From assembly GCA_964556915.1 (NCBI GenBank), contig CAZKYG010000100.1, forward strand, positions 22,566-86,565: a stretch of DNA of 64,000 nt. The letters are read 5' to 3'. Shown piece after piece: positions 1 to 9,222 of this stretch. The notes beneath the pieces are model-generated. The model was not told where the DNA came from. It saw only the letters and a list, made by a program, of their open reading frames with translations, and made no database searches. Every line of letters starts with the position of its first letter. Positions within the stretch are counted from its first letter, which is position 1. Made by a program: the position numbers and the translations under genes. Origin of the DNA: an uncultured Gemmatimonas sp. (GTDB lineage Bacteria > Gemmatimonadota > Gemmatimonadetes > Gemmatimonadales > Gemmatimonadaceae).

Positions 1-125
1 CGCTTGAGCTGTTCGAACGAATTGTCGATGACCCGTTCGCGCGCCGGATGGCCATCGGTGTACAACGCCATGGTCGCCAGTGACTGCGCGAACGCGTTGA
101 GGAACTTCGCGGCCTCGGCGCTCAC
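1..125 (-). CDS. 5' end of a paralog of the adjacent HEAT-repeat protein (partial, runs off window start)
   Basis: My own reverse-strand translation from GTG (125-123) gives SAEAAKFLNAFAQSLATMALYTDGHPARERVIDNSFEQLK. This mirrors the N-terminus of the 690-aa neighbour (..LADFLIELSIGLHKNAIYPPGHPLLEG..). GTGA start/stop overlap at 122-125. Not in the ORF track. Confidence 0.4.
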   Translation of the reverse strand, partial: MSAEAAKFLNAFAQSLATMALYTDGHPARERVIDNSFEQLK

Positions 126-2194
126 GCGTTGCTCGTCCGGCGGGCGACGGCGTCGCGCACGTCCTTGTCCGAGCTGCGCGCGGCGATGTCCAGCAACTCC
201 CGGGCCGCGGGATCCGATGCCCAGTGGGTGGCGAGGCCTGCGAGCGCCGCCAGCACCTCTGGCGTCGGCGCCGCGAGGGCCTGCCGGCGGAGGAATCGTC
301 GCTTTCCCGTTGTCCGCGCCAGAAGGAAGCTGAGCACGTCCGGGGTCGGACACGACGCGGCCGCCCGGATGCCGAGTGCACGGAGGTCGGGGGAGAGCGA
401 GGGGTCGTCCGCCCGTGCCAGCAGGATGCGGGAGGCCTCCGCCGGGCAGTTCGTCATGGCAGCGCCAAGCGCGAGTCGCACGATCCGTTCGTCGGGATCG
501 CCGAGCGCGGTCGCGATCGCGTCTTCGCGCGTGCGCGGATCGCGGATGAGCGAACGAAGCGCCTCGCGGCGTACCGTGGCATCCACGTGCCGAGTGTACG
601 CGGCGATGTCAAAACCCGGCGGTGTCACGCCGAGCTTCGCGATGATCGTCAGCAGGAGCCGGAGCTGGCTCGCGCGAGCGCCATCCGTGCGCTCGGCAAC
701 GAGCAGCGCCGCGTCGGCCCCCTGGCGGACGACCATGTCCACGTAGGCCGCGGCCTGGCGGTCATCCGCGATCTCCAGGGCGTCGAGAAGTTCGGGAACG
801 GCCGCAAGGCCCATGCGGGCGACAAGCCGCTCGACCGAGTCGAGGTCGACGGTGTGGCGCTCGAGCTGCCGATGCAGCACGTCCGGGGTCGCCACCTCGC
901 GCCAGAGCGCGTCGCGCATCCAGCCTTCGGGCGCCTGATCCAGCAGCGTCAGCAGGGGACGCAGGTCGTCCGCGTTCGAGAGCGCGGCAACGGAACGCTG
1001 CACCGGATCACCGAACATCTGAATCTCGATCCCCATCGCCAGCAGTCGCTCGGGCTCGCACGGATACGCGTCATCGCCCGTCTGGAACGCCGGCGTTGCC
1101 AGCGACATCTTCTCGAGCGCGCGACGATACCCGTCCGGGTTGGGATCGTCGAGCGTCCAGTCCGAGATCAGCTTGTGCACCGAGTCGCGCAACGCCACGT
1201 CCGCCGCCGCACGCCCGAGGGGAGCGCCTTCGTCAGCGTGCACGGCCAGCTTGGAGAGCATGCGCACCAGCGAATGCGACACGTTCTGCCCCGACGTGTC
1301 GGCCGCCGCCTGCACCAGTTCCACCACGGCGTCCACGGCCATGCCCTGCGCCGCATCCAGCACGAATTTGCGGCGCTGGTTCACGTCGCCCCCCATGCGC
1401 AGGAGGCGCGAAAGCGTTTCCGGCTGCAGCGTCGCCACCAGGCGTGAAATGCGCTTCTGGAGTGCGGCGGCGTCCTTGCCGCCCTTGGCCTTGAGTTCCT
1501 CGGCGATCTGCAACAGGTAGCCGACCACCACCTGGTCGTACGCCGCGTCCTTCTTGTGCTCATCGATGGCCTTCGCCACGAGCACGGGATCGGTCGATTC
1601 CGCCGCATCTCCGTCGGAGTCCGCCTCCGCCGCGATCGCCGCCCGGGCTAGACCGATCCACAGCTGCGCCGCGCGACTCTTGTCGCCGCGCATCTGGTCG
1701 GATTCCTCGCTCGGCTCTTCGTCCAGCAACTGGAGCTGCTCGAACGTCAGCGGAAAGAGGCGGACATGTTCCCACTTTTGCAGGACGTCCTCGCCCTCGA
1801 GGCCAAGTGGCCGGGGGCGGCGCCCGACATCCACGGCGATCGTTGCGAGCGCATCCGCGATTTCCGCTGCGGTCACGCCGGCGGTGAATTTCACCGCTCC
1901 GAGGTGGTGCCGGTGCAGACGCTGCGCCAGGTCGCGCAGCACGGGGTTGTTCTCGTCCGTCGCGACTCCCTCGATGATGAGCTGCTCGCGCGCAACGCCA
2001 AGCGACAGCGACGAGCGCCCCTGCAGGAGCGCCTCGAGCCGCCGGGCAATGCCCGTGGTCGCGCCCTCCAGCAGCGGATGACCGGGAGGATAGATCGCGT
2101 TCTTGTGGAGTCCGATCGAGAGTTCGATCAGGAAGTCCGCGAGTTCACGCGACAGGGTGGCCGACCCAGCTCCACCGGTCGTCGGGTGAGTCAT
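122..2194 (-). CDS. hypothetical protein with C-terminal HEAT-like repeats
   Basis: 690-aa ORF with an Asp/Glu/Leu/Ala-rich helical composition. The C-terminal segments (..DATVRREALRSLIRDPRTREDAIATALGDPDERIVRLALGAA..) look like HEAT/PBS-lyase repeats. Function not recognised. Confidence 0.65.
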   Translation of the reverse strand: MTHPTTGGAGSATLSRELADFLIELSIGLHKNAIYPPGHPLLEGATTGIARRLEALLQGRSSLSLGVAREQLIIEGVATDENNPVLRDLAQRLHRHHLGAVKFTAGVTAAEIADALATIAVDVGRRPRPLGLEGEDVLQKWEHVRLFPLTFEQLQLLDEEPSEESDQMRGDKSRAAQLWIGLARAAIAAEADSDGDAAESTDPVLVAKAIDEHKKDAAYDQVVVGYLLQIAEELKAKGGKDAAALQKRISRLVATLQPETLSRLLRMGGDVNQRRKFVLDAAQGMAVDAVVELVQAAADTSGQNVSHSLVRMLSKLAVHADEGAPLGRAAADVALRDSVHKLISDWTLDDPNPDGYRRALEKMSLATPAFQTGDDAYPCEPERLLAMGIEIQMFGDPVQRSVAALSNADDLRPLLTLLDQAPEGWMRDALWREVATPDVLHRQLERHTVDLDSVERLVARMGLAAVPELLDALEIADDRQAAAYVDMVVRQGADAALLVAERTDGARASQLRLLLTIIAKLGVTPPGFDIAAYTRHVDATVRREALRSLIRDPRTREDAIATALGDPDERIVRLALGAAMTNCPAEASRILLARADDPSLSPDLRALGIRAAASCPTPDVLSFLLARTTGKRRFLRRQALAAPTPEVLAALAGLATHWASDPAARELLDIAARSSDKDVRDAVARRTSNA

Positions 2195-2324
2195 CCCGCA
2201 ATTATGGGGGCGGGGGAACGTCGCGGCAAAGCCTTCGCCACGACTGCGCCTGCGTCCGGCGACTACTGGTGTGGGTGGCTAGTTTTCGAACGCCAAAACG
2301 CCCCATCCATCACATCGCACACCC

Positions 2325-4334
2325 GTGACCCACGCCGACCTCGAACTCCTTGCAATCAACACGGTCCGGACGCTCGCGATGGATGCGGTACAGGCGGCCG
2401 AATCGGGCCATCCAGGCACGCCAATGGCACTCGCACCACTGGCGTACGTGCTGTTCCACCGGCACATGCGGCACAATCCGGCGGATCCGGCGTGGCCAAA
2501 TCGCGATCGCTTCGTGCTGTCCGCCGGGCATGCATCGATGCTGTTGTACGCATCGCTGCACCTGAGTGGATATGACCTCTCGCTCGACGAGATCCGCCGT
2601 TTTCGCCAGTGGGGGAGCAAGACCCCGGGGCACCCCGAGGTCGGACACACGCCGGGAGTCGAAACCACCACCGGCCCGCTCGGCCAGGGGGTCGGCAATG
2701 CGGTCGGCATGGCGTTCGCCGAACGCCTGCTCGCGGGTGAGTTCAATCGGGATGGCCACGCGATCGTCGACCACACCACGTGGTTCATCGCGGGCGATGG
2801 CGACCTCATGGAGGGCGTGTCGCACGAAGCAGCCTCGTTTGCCGGGCATCAGAAACTCGGCAAGTTGATCGGCTTTTTCGACGACAACCGGATCACGATC
2901 GACGGCAGCACGGACCTTTCGTGCTCGGATGATGTCGTCGCCCGGTTCACGGCATACGGCTGGCATGTGACACGCGTCGCGGACGTCAATGACCTGGATG
3001 CGCTGGACATCGCCATCGCCGAAGCTCGCGCCGAGACAGCGCGCCCGTCACTCATCGTGGTGCGATCTCACATCGGGTACGGCAGCCCAAACCGGGTGGA
3101 CACGGCCAAGGCCCACGGCGAGGCGCTCGGTACGGACGAAGTCGCCCTTACCAAGAAGAACATCGGCTGGGCATGGACCGAGCCGTTCACCGTTCCCGCT
3201 GAGGCCGCCGCACACTGGCGTACCGTTCGCGATCGCGGCGGCGTGGCACAGGATGCGTGGCGCCGCCAGCTCATTGCGTACGCTCAAGCCTTTCCGGCGG
3301 ACGCCAAGGAGCTTGGGCGCCGCATGCACGGCGACCTTCCCGCCGGTTGGGAGGCCGCGCTCCCGGCATTCGACGCGTCGAACGGCAGTATCGCCTCGCG
3401 GGCGGCATCGGGCGTGGTGCTCAACGCGATCGCGCCGAAGATCCCGGAACTTGCCGGGGGGTCGGCGGACTTGTCTGGATCGAACCTCACCACGCTCAGG
3501 GGCATGCCGTTCGCCTCGCCCCGCGCGCCCGCGGGTCGCAACGTGCACTTTGGCATCCGCGAGCACGCGATGGGTGCCGTGATGAACGGCATGGCGCTGC
3601 ACGGCGGCGTGATTCCGTATGGCGGCACGTTCCTCGTCTTTGCCGACTACATGCGCCCCGCCATCCGGCTGGCGGCACTCATGAACCGCCAGGCGATCTA
3701 CGTGTTCACGCATGACTCGATTGGCCTCGGCGAGGATGGTCCCACCCACCAGCCCGTCGAGCATCTCGCGGCGCTGCGCTGCATCCCGAACGTGCTCGTG
3801 GTGCGTCCTGCCGACGCGGCGGAAACCACCGAGGCGTGGCGTGCCGCGATCGGCAACCGTACCGGGCCCACGGCCCTCGTGCTCACCCGACAGAAGCTGG
3901 CCTTGATCGACCGCAGCCGGTATGCGCCTGCGGCTGGTCTCGCGCGGGGGGCCTACGTGCTCTCGGAGCCGGACCGGCCGCCGGCGGTGGTGCTGATCGC
4001 CAGCGGGTCCGAAGTCCAGGTGGCCCTCGACGCGCAGGCCGTGCTGGCGGCCGAGGGTGTCGCTGCACGCGTGGTCAGCGCCCCGTGTCTGGAGCTGTTC
4101 GCTCGGCAGGATGCCGCTTACCGCGGCGCCGTCCTTCCGGCCGGCGTGCCGCGCGTCGCCGTCGAGGCCGCGCACCCCATGTCGTGGTATCGCTGGGTCG
4201 GTGATGCCGGGGCCGTGGTCGGCATCGAGCGATTCGGCGCCTCCGCACCCTATCAGCGGCTGTACGAGGAATTCGGCATCACGCCGGCGGCCGTCGCCGC
4301 GGCCGCGCGTCGCGTGATCAGCGCGCGCGGGTAG
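2325..4334 (+). CDS. tkt: transketolase
   Basis: 669 aa with a GTG start. N-terminus [36 protein letters not shown], plus GDGDLMEG and the [17 protein letters not shown] motif, are typical of Tkt. Confidence 0.95.
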   Translation: MTHADLELLAINTVRTLAMDAVQAAESGHPGTPMALAPLAYVLFHRHMRHNPADPAWPNRDRFVLSAGHASMLLYASLHLSGYDLSLDEIRRFRQWGSKTPGHPEVGHTPGVETTTGPLGQGVGNAVGMAFAERLLAGEFNRDGHAIVDHTTWFIAGDGDLMEGVSHEAASFAGHQKLGKLIGFFDDNRITIDGSTDLSCSDDVVARFTAYGWHVTRVADVNDLDALDIAIAEARAETARPSLIVVRSHIGYGSPNRVDTAKAHGEALGTDEVALTKKNIGWAWTEPFTVPAEAAAHWRTVRDRGGVAQDAWRRQLIAYAQAFPADAKELGRRMHGDLPAGWEAALPAFDASNGSIASRAASGVVLNAIAPKIPELAGGSADLSGSNLTTLRGMPFASPRAPAGRNVHFGIREHAMGAVMNGMALHGGVIPYGGTFLVFADYMRPAIRLAALMNRQAIYVFTHDSIGLGEDGPTHQPVEHLAALRCIPNVLVVRPADAAETTEAWRAAIGNRTGPTALVLTRQKLALIDRSRYAPAAGLARGAYVLSEPDRPPAVVLIASGSEVQVALDAQAVLAAEGVAARVVSAPCLELFARQDAAYRGAVLPAGVPRVAVEAAHPMSWYRWVGDAGAVVGIERFGASAPYQRLYEEFGITPAAVAAAARRVISARG

Positions 4335-4338
4335 GGGC

Positions 4339-5586
4339 TTACCCGGCCTGCGGATCGAGTCCGCGCAACTCGCGCAGGATCGGGTTGCGCCACGCGGTAA
4401 CCGCCACGACCACGAGCGTCAGTGCACCGCCGAGCACGACGCTCGGCACCGCCCCGAACCAGTCCGCGGTCACGCCCGACTCGAACGCGCCGATCTCGTT
4501 CGAGCTGCCCACGAAGATCCCGTTCACGGACATGACGCGACCGAGCATCTCGGGCGGCGTCCGCGTCGTCAGCAGGGTGGAGCGGATGAACACGCTCACC
4601 ATGTCGGCCGCCCCGCTCACGATGAGCGCCACCACGGCCAGCGCGAAGTTCGTCGAGAGCCCAAATGCGATCATGGCAAGACCGTACAGCGCCACGCATC
4701 GGAGGAGCACGCGCCCGGTGCGCTGAAACGGCCTCGCGTGCGTCAGGGCCGCCGACATCACAACCGCCCCGATCGCGGGCGCCGAGCGCAGCAGGCCGAG
4801 CCCCGACGGGCCCACGTGCAGGATGTCCGCGGCGAACACGGGCAACAGAGCCACGGCACCGCCAAACAGCACCGAGAACATGTCGAGCGAGAGCGCGCCG
4901 AGTACCACCCGCTCGGTGAACACGAACCGCACGCCTGCCACAAGCCGCTGGAAGATCGGCTCGCCCGACACCTTCACCAACGGTCGCTCGCGGTCAACAC
5001 GCACCAGCAGCACGATCGCGGCCATCGTGAGCACGGCATCGGTGGCGTACGCGGCGGACAGCCCGCCCATGGCATACAGGGCGCCGCCCAGCGCGGGGCC
5101 CACCACCGCCGCCAGTTGCCAGGCGCCGCTCCGCCACGTGACCGAGCGCGTGAACAGCTCGCGCGGCACCACCTCGGCACCCAGCGCCTGCCGCGCGGGT
5201 TGCAGGAAACTGCGGGCCACGCCGCTCACGCCGATGACGACATAGATCGCATCGACCATGGCGCGCGGGTGCGCGCCAAGAAGGCGCGGAAACAGGAACA
5301 GCGCCACCGCGCTGGCACAGTACACCAGCAGCGCCATGATCGCCACGCGCCGGCGATCGTGCAGGTCCGTCACGTGGCCCGCATAGAGCGACATCGCCAT
5401 GAACGGGAGCGCTTCGGCGAGTCCGATGAGCCCCAGCGCGAGGGGATCGTGCGTCAGCTCGTACATTTGCCAGCCGACGATCGTCCCCTGGATCATCGTC
5501 GCCAGGGTCATGCTGACGACGGCCGCCACGTAGCGCCGGAAGTTCGGGATGCGCAGTGGAGCGTACGGGCTGTCGGCGTCCGGCAC
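4339..5586 (-). CDS. MFS transporter
   Basis: 415 aa with about 12 hydrophobic segments. The N-terminus (FRRYVAAVVSMTLATMIQGTIVGWQMYELT) resembles the EntS/DUF894-like MFS subgroup. Confidence 0.8.
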   Translation of the reverse strand: MPDADSPYAPLRIPNFRRYVAAVVSMTLATMIQGTIVGWQMYELTHDPLALGLIGLAEALPFMAMSLYAGHVTDLHDRRRVAIMALLVYCASAVALFLFPRLLGAHPRAMVDAIYVVIGVSGVARSFLQPARQALGAEVVPRELFTRSVTWRSGAWQLAAVVGPALGGALYAMGGLSAAYATDAVLTMAAIVLLVRVDRERPLVKVSGEPIFQRLVAGVRFVFTERVVLGALSLDMFSVLFGGAVALLPVFAADILHVGPSGLGLLRSAPAIGAVVMSAALTHARPFQRTGRVLLRCVALYGLAMIAFGLSTNFALAVVALIVSGAADMVSVFIRSTLLTTRTPPEMLGRVMSVNGIFVGSSNEIGAFESGVTADWFGAVPSVVLGGALTLVVVAVTAWRNPILRELRGLDPQAG

Positions 5587-5662
5587 GCCGGAATGCTAAG
5601 CGGGGTGCGTCTCCCCTTGCCACTCGCCCCGCTTCGGCGCATCGTCCCGCTCGGCCACGCCC

Positions 5663-6712
5663 ATGCCACGAACGCAACACGCCAGACGACGCCCGGCCCG
5701 ACCGTGGACACGGTGGCCGACGAAACGCCTCCTGCTGCTCCGGCTCAGGGACCTCAACCTGACGATCGAAGGCACGTGGCTGGAGGACTGCCTGGAGGAG
5801 CTGTACGGCGAATTGGCCTCCCGCCAGCTGGTCATCCGCCCGCACGCGTGGCTCTCGGACGAATGGTTCTCGCCGGGCGGCGTACCCGGCATCGCGATCC
5901 CCTTCTATCTCGCGCACCCACGCCTCATGCGGTTGGAACGCGCGCAGCTCCTGGAGGTCGAGGGCGGAACGCACGCGGAATGCATGCGCATCCTGCGCCA
6001 CGAGTGCGGTCACGCCATTCAGCACGCGTACGACCTTCACCGGCGACGCGAGTGGCAGCGGCTGTTTGGCCGGTCTTCCACGCCATACCCGGAGTCGTAC
6101 CGCCCCAATCCCGCCAGCAAGCGCTATGTCCAGCATCTCCGCCGCTGGTACGCCCAGAGCCACCCCGATGAGGATTTTGCCGAGACGTTCGCCGTCTGGC
6201 TCCAGCCGCGCTCGGATTGGCGGCGCCGGTACGCCGGTTGGCCGGCCTTGCGCAAGCTCCAGTACGTGGACCGCATCATGAAAGAGATCGCCGGCCGCCC
6301 GCCCATGGTGCGGTCACGCCAGCACGTCGACCCGCTGCGGAAGCTTTCACGCACACTCTTCGAGCATTACACCTACCGTCGCGCCCTCTACTCGGCCGAG
6401 TTTCCCAAGACCTGGGATGATGACCTTCGACAGCTCTTCTCGAACGACCGGCGTTTGCGCTCTCGCGAGCCTGCCGCGGTATTTCTCCGGCGCCATCGCT
6501 CCTCCATCCGCCGGGTGGTCGCCCGATGGACGGGCGAATACCAGTTCACACTCGATACCGTGCTCGGCGACATGATCGGGCGCTGCAGCGAGCTGCGCCT
6601 GCGCGTCGTCGGCCGTGAACGGCAGGTCCTCACGGATTTCATGGTGCTCCTCACGGCGCGCACGATGGAGATGCTCTCGCGGCAGGGACGGCGGGACTGG
6701 ATCGTCGTATGA
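5663..6712 (+). CDS. putative zinc metallopeptidase-like protein (HExxH)
   Basis: 349 aa with HECGH (HExxH) followed by HPDEDFAETFAVWL. It resembles the 'putative zinc-binding metallopeptidase' family that pairs with ATP-grasp genes. The stop overlaps the next start (ATGA at 6709-6712). The exact start is uncertain. Confidence 0.65.
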   Translation: MPRTQHARRRPARPWTRWPTKRLLLLRLRDLNLTIEGTWLEDCLEELYGELASRQLVIRPHAWLSDEWFSPGGVPGIAIPFYLAHPRLMRLERAQLLEVEGGTHAECMRILRHECGHAIQHAYDLHRRREWQRLFGRSSTPYPESYRPNPASKRYVQHLRRWYAQSHPDEDFAETFAVWLQPRSDWRRRYAGWPALRKLQYVDRIMKEIAGRPPMVRSRQHVDPLRKLSRTLFEHYTYRRALYSAEFPKTWDDDLRQLFSNDRRLRSREPAAVFLRRHRSSIRRVVARWTGEYQFTLDTVLGDMIGRCSELRLRVVGRERQVLTDFMVLLTARTMEMLSRQGRRDWIVV

Positions 6713-7725
6713 AGCCGTTGCGCATCCTCGCCCTCATGCATCCCGAGCTCGTGCCCGTCGCAGACCGCGCGAGCCTCACGCCGCAGGAAGCGTCCGAGTC
6801 CAAGACGGAGTACGACGTCGTCAGTACGCTCCGTGCCGCAGGCCACGAGGTGAACCCGCTCGGCGTCCAGTACGAGCTGTTCCCCATTCGCGACGCCATC
6901 GACGAGGGCAAGCCGCACATCGTCTTCAACCTGCTCGAGGAATTCCACGGGGAGTCGCTGTTCGACCAGAACGTCGTGAGCTTCCTGGAGCTGATGCGCA
7001 TCCCCTACACCGGGTGCAATCCACGCGGCATGATCCTGTCGCGCGGCAAGGCGCTGTCGAAGAAGCTCGTCGCCTATCACCGCATCCGGGTGCCCGACTT
7101 TGCCGTGTTTCCCATCGGGCACAAGGTGCGGCGTCCGGCGCGTCTCCGGTTCCCGCTCATCGTGAAGTCGCTCATCGAGCACGCGTCCGTGGGTATCGCC
7201 CGCGCCTCGGTGGTCGACTCCGACGAAAAACTCGCCGAACGCGTCGCTTTCGTGCACGAGCGCCTCGCCACCGACGCTATCGCTGAGCAGTTCATCGAGG
7301 GTCGGGAACTCTACGTGAGCGTGGTGGGGAACGACCGGCTGGCCGTATTCCCCGTCTGGGAGCTGGTGGCACGGAAACGCCCAGAGGGCGAGCCACTCAT
7401 CGCCACGGCGAAGGTAAAGCACGACGTCGAGTATCAGGAACGCCACGGCATCGACACGGGCCCGGCCCGGCTCCCGGACGACGTCGCCGCACGCATGGCG
7501 CAAGTAGCCAAGCGCATCTACAAGATTCTCGAGCTCACGGGGTACGCCCGCCTCGACTTCCGCCTCGACGACGCGGGGCGATTCTACTTCCTTGAGGCCA
7601 ACCCGAACCCCGAAATCGCGAAGACCGAGGAGTTTGCCGCCGCCGCCAAGGCCGCAGGCGTGTCATACACGGAGCTGCTCGAGCGTATCGTGAAGCTCGG
7701 GCTCCAGAAGCGACCGGCAACCTGA
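6709..7725 (+). CDS. D-alanine--D-alanine ligase-family ATP-grasp protein (second copy, non-canonical)
   Basis: 338 aa with ATP-grasp hallmarks (..GKALSKKLVAYHRIRVP.., EQFIEGRELYVSVVGN, ARLDFRLDDAGRFYFLEANPNP). It is distinct from the canonical ddl at 10796-11842. Confidence 0.8.
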   Translation: MKPLRILALMHPELVPVADRASLTPQEASESKTEYDVVSTLRAAGHEVNPLGVQYELFPIRDAIDEGKPHIVFNLLEEFHGESLFDQNVVSFLELMRIPYTGCNPRGMILSRGKALSKKLVAYHRIRVPDFAVFPIGHKVRRPARLRFPLIVKSLIEHASVGIARASVVDSDEKLAERVAFVHERLATDAIAEQFIEGRELYVSVVGNDRLAVFPVWELVARKRPEGEPLIATAKVKHDVEYQERHGIDTGPARLPDDVAARMAQVAKRIYKILELTGYARLDFRLDDAGRFYFLEANPNPEIAKTEEFAAAAKAAGVSYTELLERIVKLGLQKRPAT

Positions 7726-7759
7726 GCCGGTTCCGGCGCATTCGGGCGCCGACGACGAG

Positions 7760-7832
<73 letters not shown>

Positions 7833-7922
7833 GGGTAGCCGTCGAATTTACCCCCCCAACCCGACGAGGCCAAGTCTGCCTCTGACCGTGACATCGGGGC
7901 TGGTGTATTCTTCTTATACATA

Positions 7923-8807
7923 GTGAATACCCTCCAAGTCGCCTACCAGCAGGAACTCAGCGGGTTCGGTGAAGAAGCTGCGCACCAGTTGTGGGGCGGC
8001 GCTGCCGATCTGATGCCGCTGCAGGACTTCGCGGACATCACGGCCGCCGTGGTGTCCGGCACCGCCCAGCGTGGCGTGCTTCCCATCGAGCATACGATTC
8101 TGGGGTCCGTACAGTCGAGTCACGACGCCATCGACGCGACCCCGGGGATTTACGCTGTCGCCGAGACCGTGGTCCCCTCACACCTGTGCTTGCTCGGCGC
8201 GCCAGACGCACCACTGGCGGCGGTGGGAGACGTCTTCTGTCACCCTGTGGCCCTGTCGCAGTGCGGCCGGTTTTTTCGCGCCAACCCGGGCATCACCGTC
8301 CACTCCGTGCTCGATACTGCCGCGTCGGTAGTGGATGTCGAGAACCTGGCCGACCCGCAGTTCGCGGTCGTGGCAAGCCGGGTCGCGCTGCTGACGCATC
8401 AGCTCTCGCTGGTCGCCCCGGACATTCAGGATCGCCCCGATGCGCAGACCCGGTTCCTGGGCATTTCGAGCGAACGTCAGGTGATGCCTGCCGGCACTCC
8501 GGTGAGGACGACGATTCTCATGACCGTTGGCGACGTTCCGGGCGCCCTGCTCAATGCCCTGGTGCCGCTGGCAAGTCACGGCGTGAACGTCCGGCGTATC
8601 GAGGGGCGCCCCACGGGTGAGCCGTGGAGCTACCGGTTCTTCGTGGAATTCGACCACGAGAGCGGGGATGCCGAAACGGAAGTTGTCCTCGAAAAGCTGG
8701 GATCCGCGGGCCGTGACGTGCGGTGGCTTGGCACCTATCCCCGGTGGAACGCCGGTCGCCGTGGCTCGATCGGCTGGCGGTCCGGCTCGATCCCGCCGAT
8801 CCCCTAG
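7923..8807 (+). CDS. pheA: prephenate dehydratase (PDT + ACT domains)
   Basis: 294 aa with a GTG start. It has the PDT-type N-terminus (VAYQQELSGFGEEAA...GVLPIEHTILGSV) and a C-terminal ACT-like segment (TTILMTVGDVPGALLNALVPLASHGVNVRRIEGRP). Confidence 0.88.
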   Translation: MNTLQVAYQQELSGFGEEAAHQLWGGAADLMPLQDFADITAAVVSGTAQRGVLPIEHTILGSVQSSHDAIDATPGIYAVAETVVPSHLCLLGAPDAPLAAVGDVFCHPVALSQCGRFFRANPGITVHSVLDTAASVVDVENLADPQFAVVASRVALLTHQLSLVAPDIQDRPDAQTRFLGISSERQVMPAGTPVRTTILMTVGDVPGALLNALVPLASHGVNVRRIEGRPTGEPWSYRFFVEFDHESGDAETEVVLEKLGSAGRDVRWLGTYPRWNAGRRGSIGWRSGSIPPIP

Positions 8808-9217
8808 CCGCGCCGCGTTCGTCCGCGGCGCGCGACAACGCTTGCCGTGATCACGGACTTGATGCCGCCACGCGTGTTGAAGTCTCCCACGACCGTCATC
8901 CGTCGCGGCCGGACTGCTTTGGCGAGGTCGTCGAGAATCGTGTTGACCGCACGCTCATAGAAGATCCCGTCATTGCGGAAGCTCCACAGGTAGAGCTTGA
9001 GGCTCTTGAGCTCCACGCACCGGCGCCCGGGCACATAGGTGACGGTGACGGTGCCGAAGTCCGGCGCGCCGCCCTGCAGCGCCTGGAGTTCCGCTGCATC
9101 GGACTCGATGCCGCCCACCGGGCAGAGCGACGTGAACTCGGGGCACGTCATCACGATTTCGTAGTCGCGCCCCGGGTACGGGTTGGGGAACGTCTCGAGG
9201 AGACCGGGCTTGGGCAC
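8804..9217 (-). CDS. queF: NADPH-dependent 7-cyano-7-deazaguanine (preQ0) reductase, unimodular type
   Basis: 137 aa with CPEFTSLCP and the QueF motif ELKSLKLYLWSFRN. There is an extra segment between CP and PDF (see findings). Confidence 0.88.
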   Translation of the reverse strand: MPKPGLLETFPNPYPGRDYEIVMTCPEFTSLCPVGGIESDAAELQALQGGAPDFGTVTVTYVPGRRCVELKSLKLYLWSFRNDGIFYERAVNTILDDLAKAVRPRRMTVVGDFNTRGGIKSVITASVVARRGRTRRG

Positions 9218-9222
9218 GGATG

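Noticed and set aside
4-333. 109-aa plus-strand ORF at the window start, and the many other 60-200-aa ORFs in the track
   Set aside because: They overlap stronger genes on the opposite strand or in another frame, and their Arg/Pro/Ala-rich translations have no motifs.
4738-6171. 477-aa (+) and 389-aa (-, 4994-6163) ORFs
   Set aside because: They overlap the MFS transporter and the HExxH gene. Their composition is characteristic of non-coding frames in GC-rich DNA.
7833-7922. tRNA-Phe placed divergently next to pheA, as a possible Phe-responsive leader, T-box or attenuator
   Set aside because: The 90-bp spacer has no Phe-rich leader ORF, no T-box-like specifier or antiterminator structure, and no terminator hairpin. 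The adjacency is probably coincidental.
9218-9222. preQ1 riboswitch upstream of queF
   Set aside because: Only 5 nt separate queF from the preceding rhomboid gene, which leaves no room for an aptamer.
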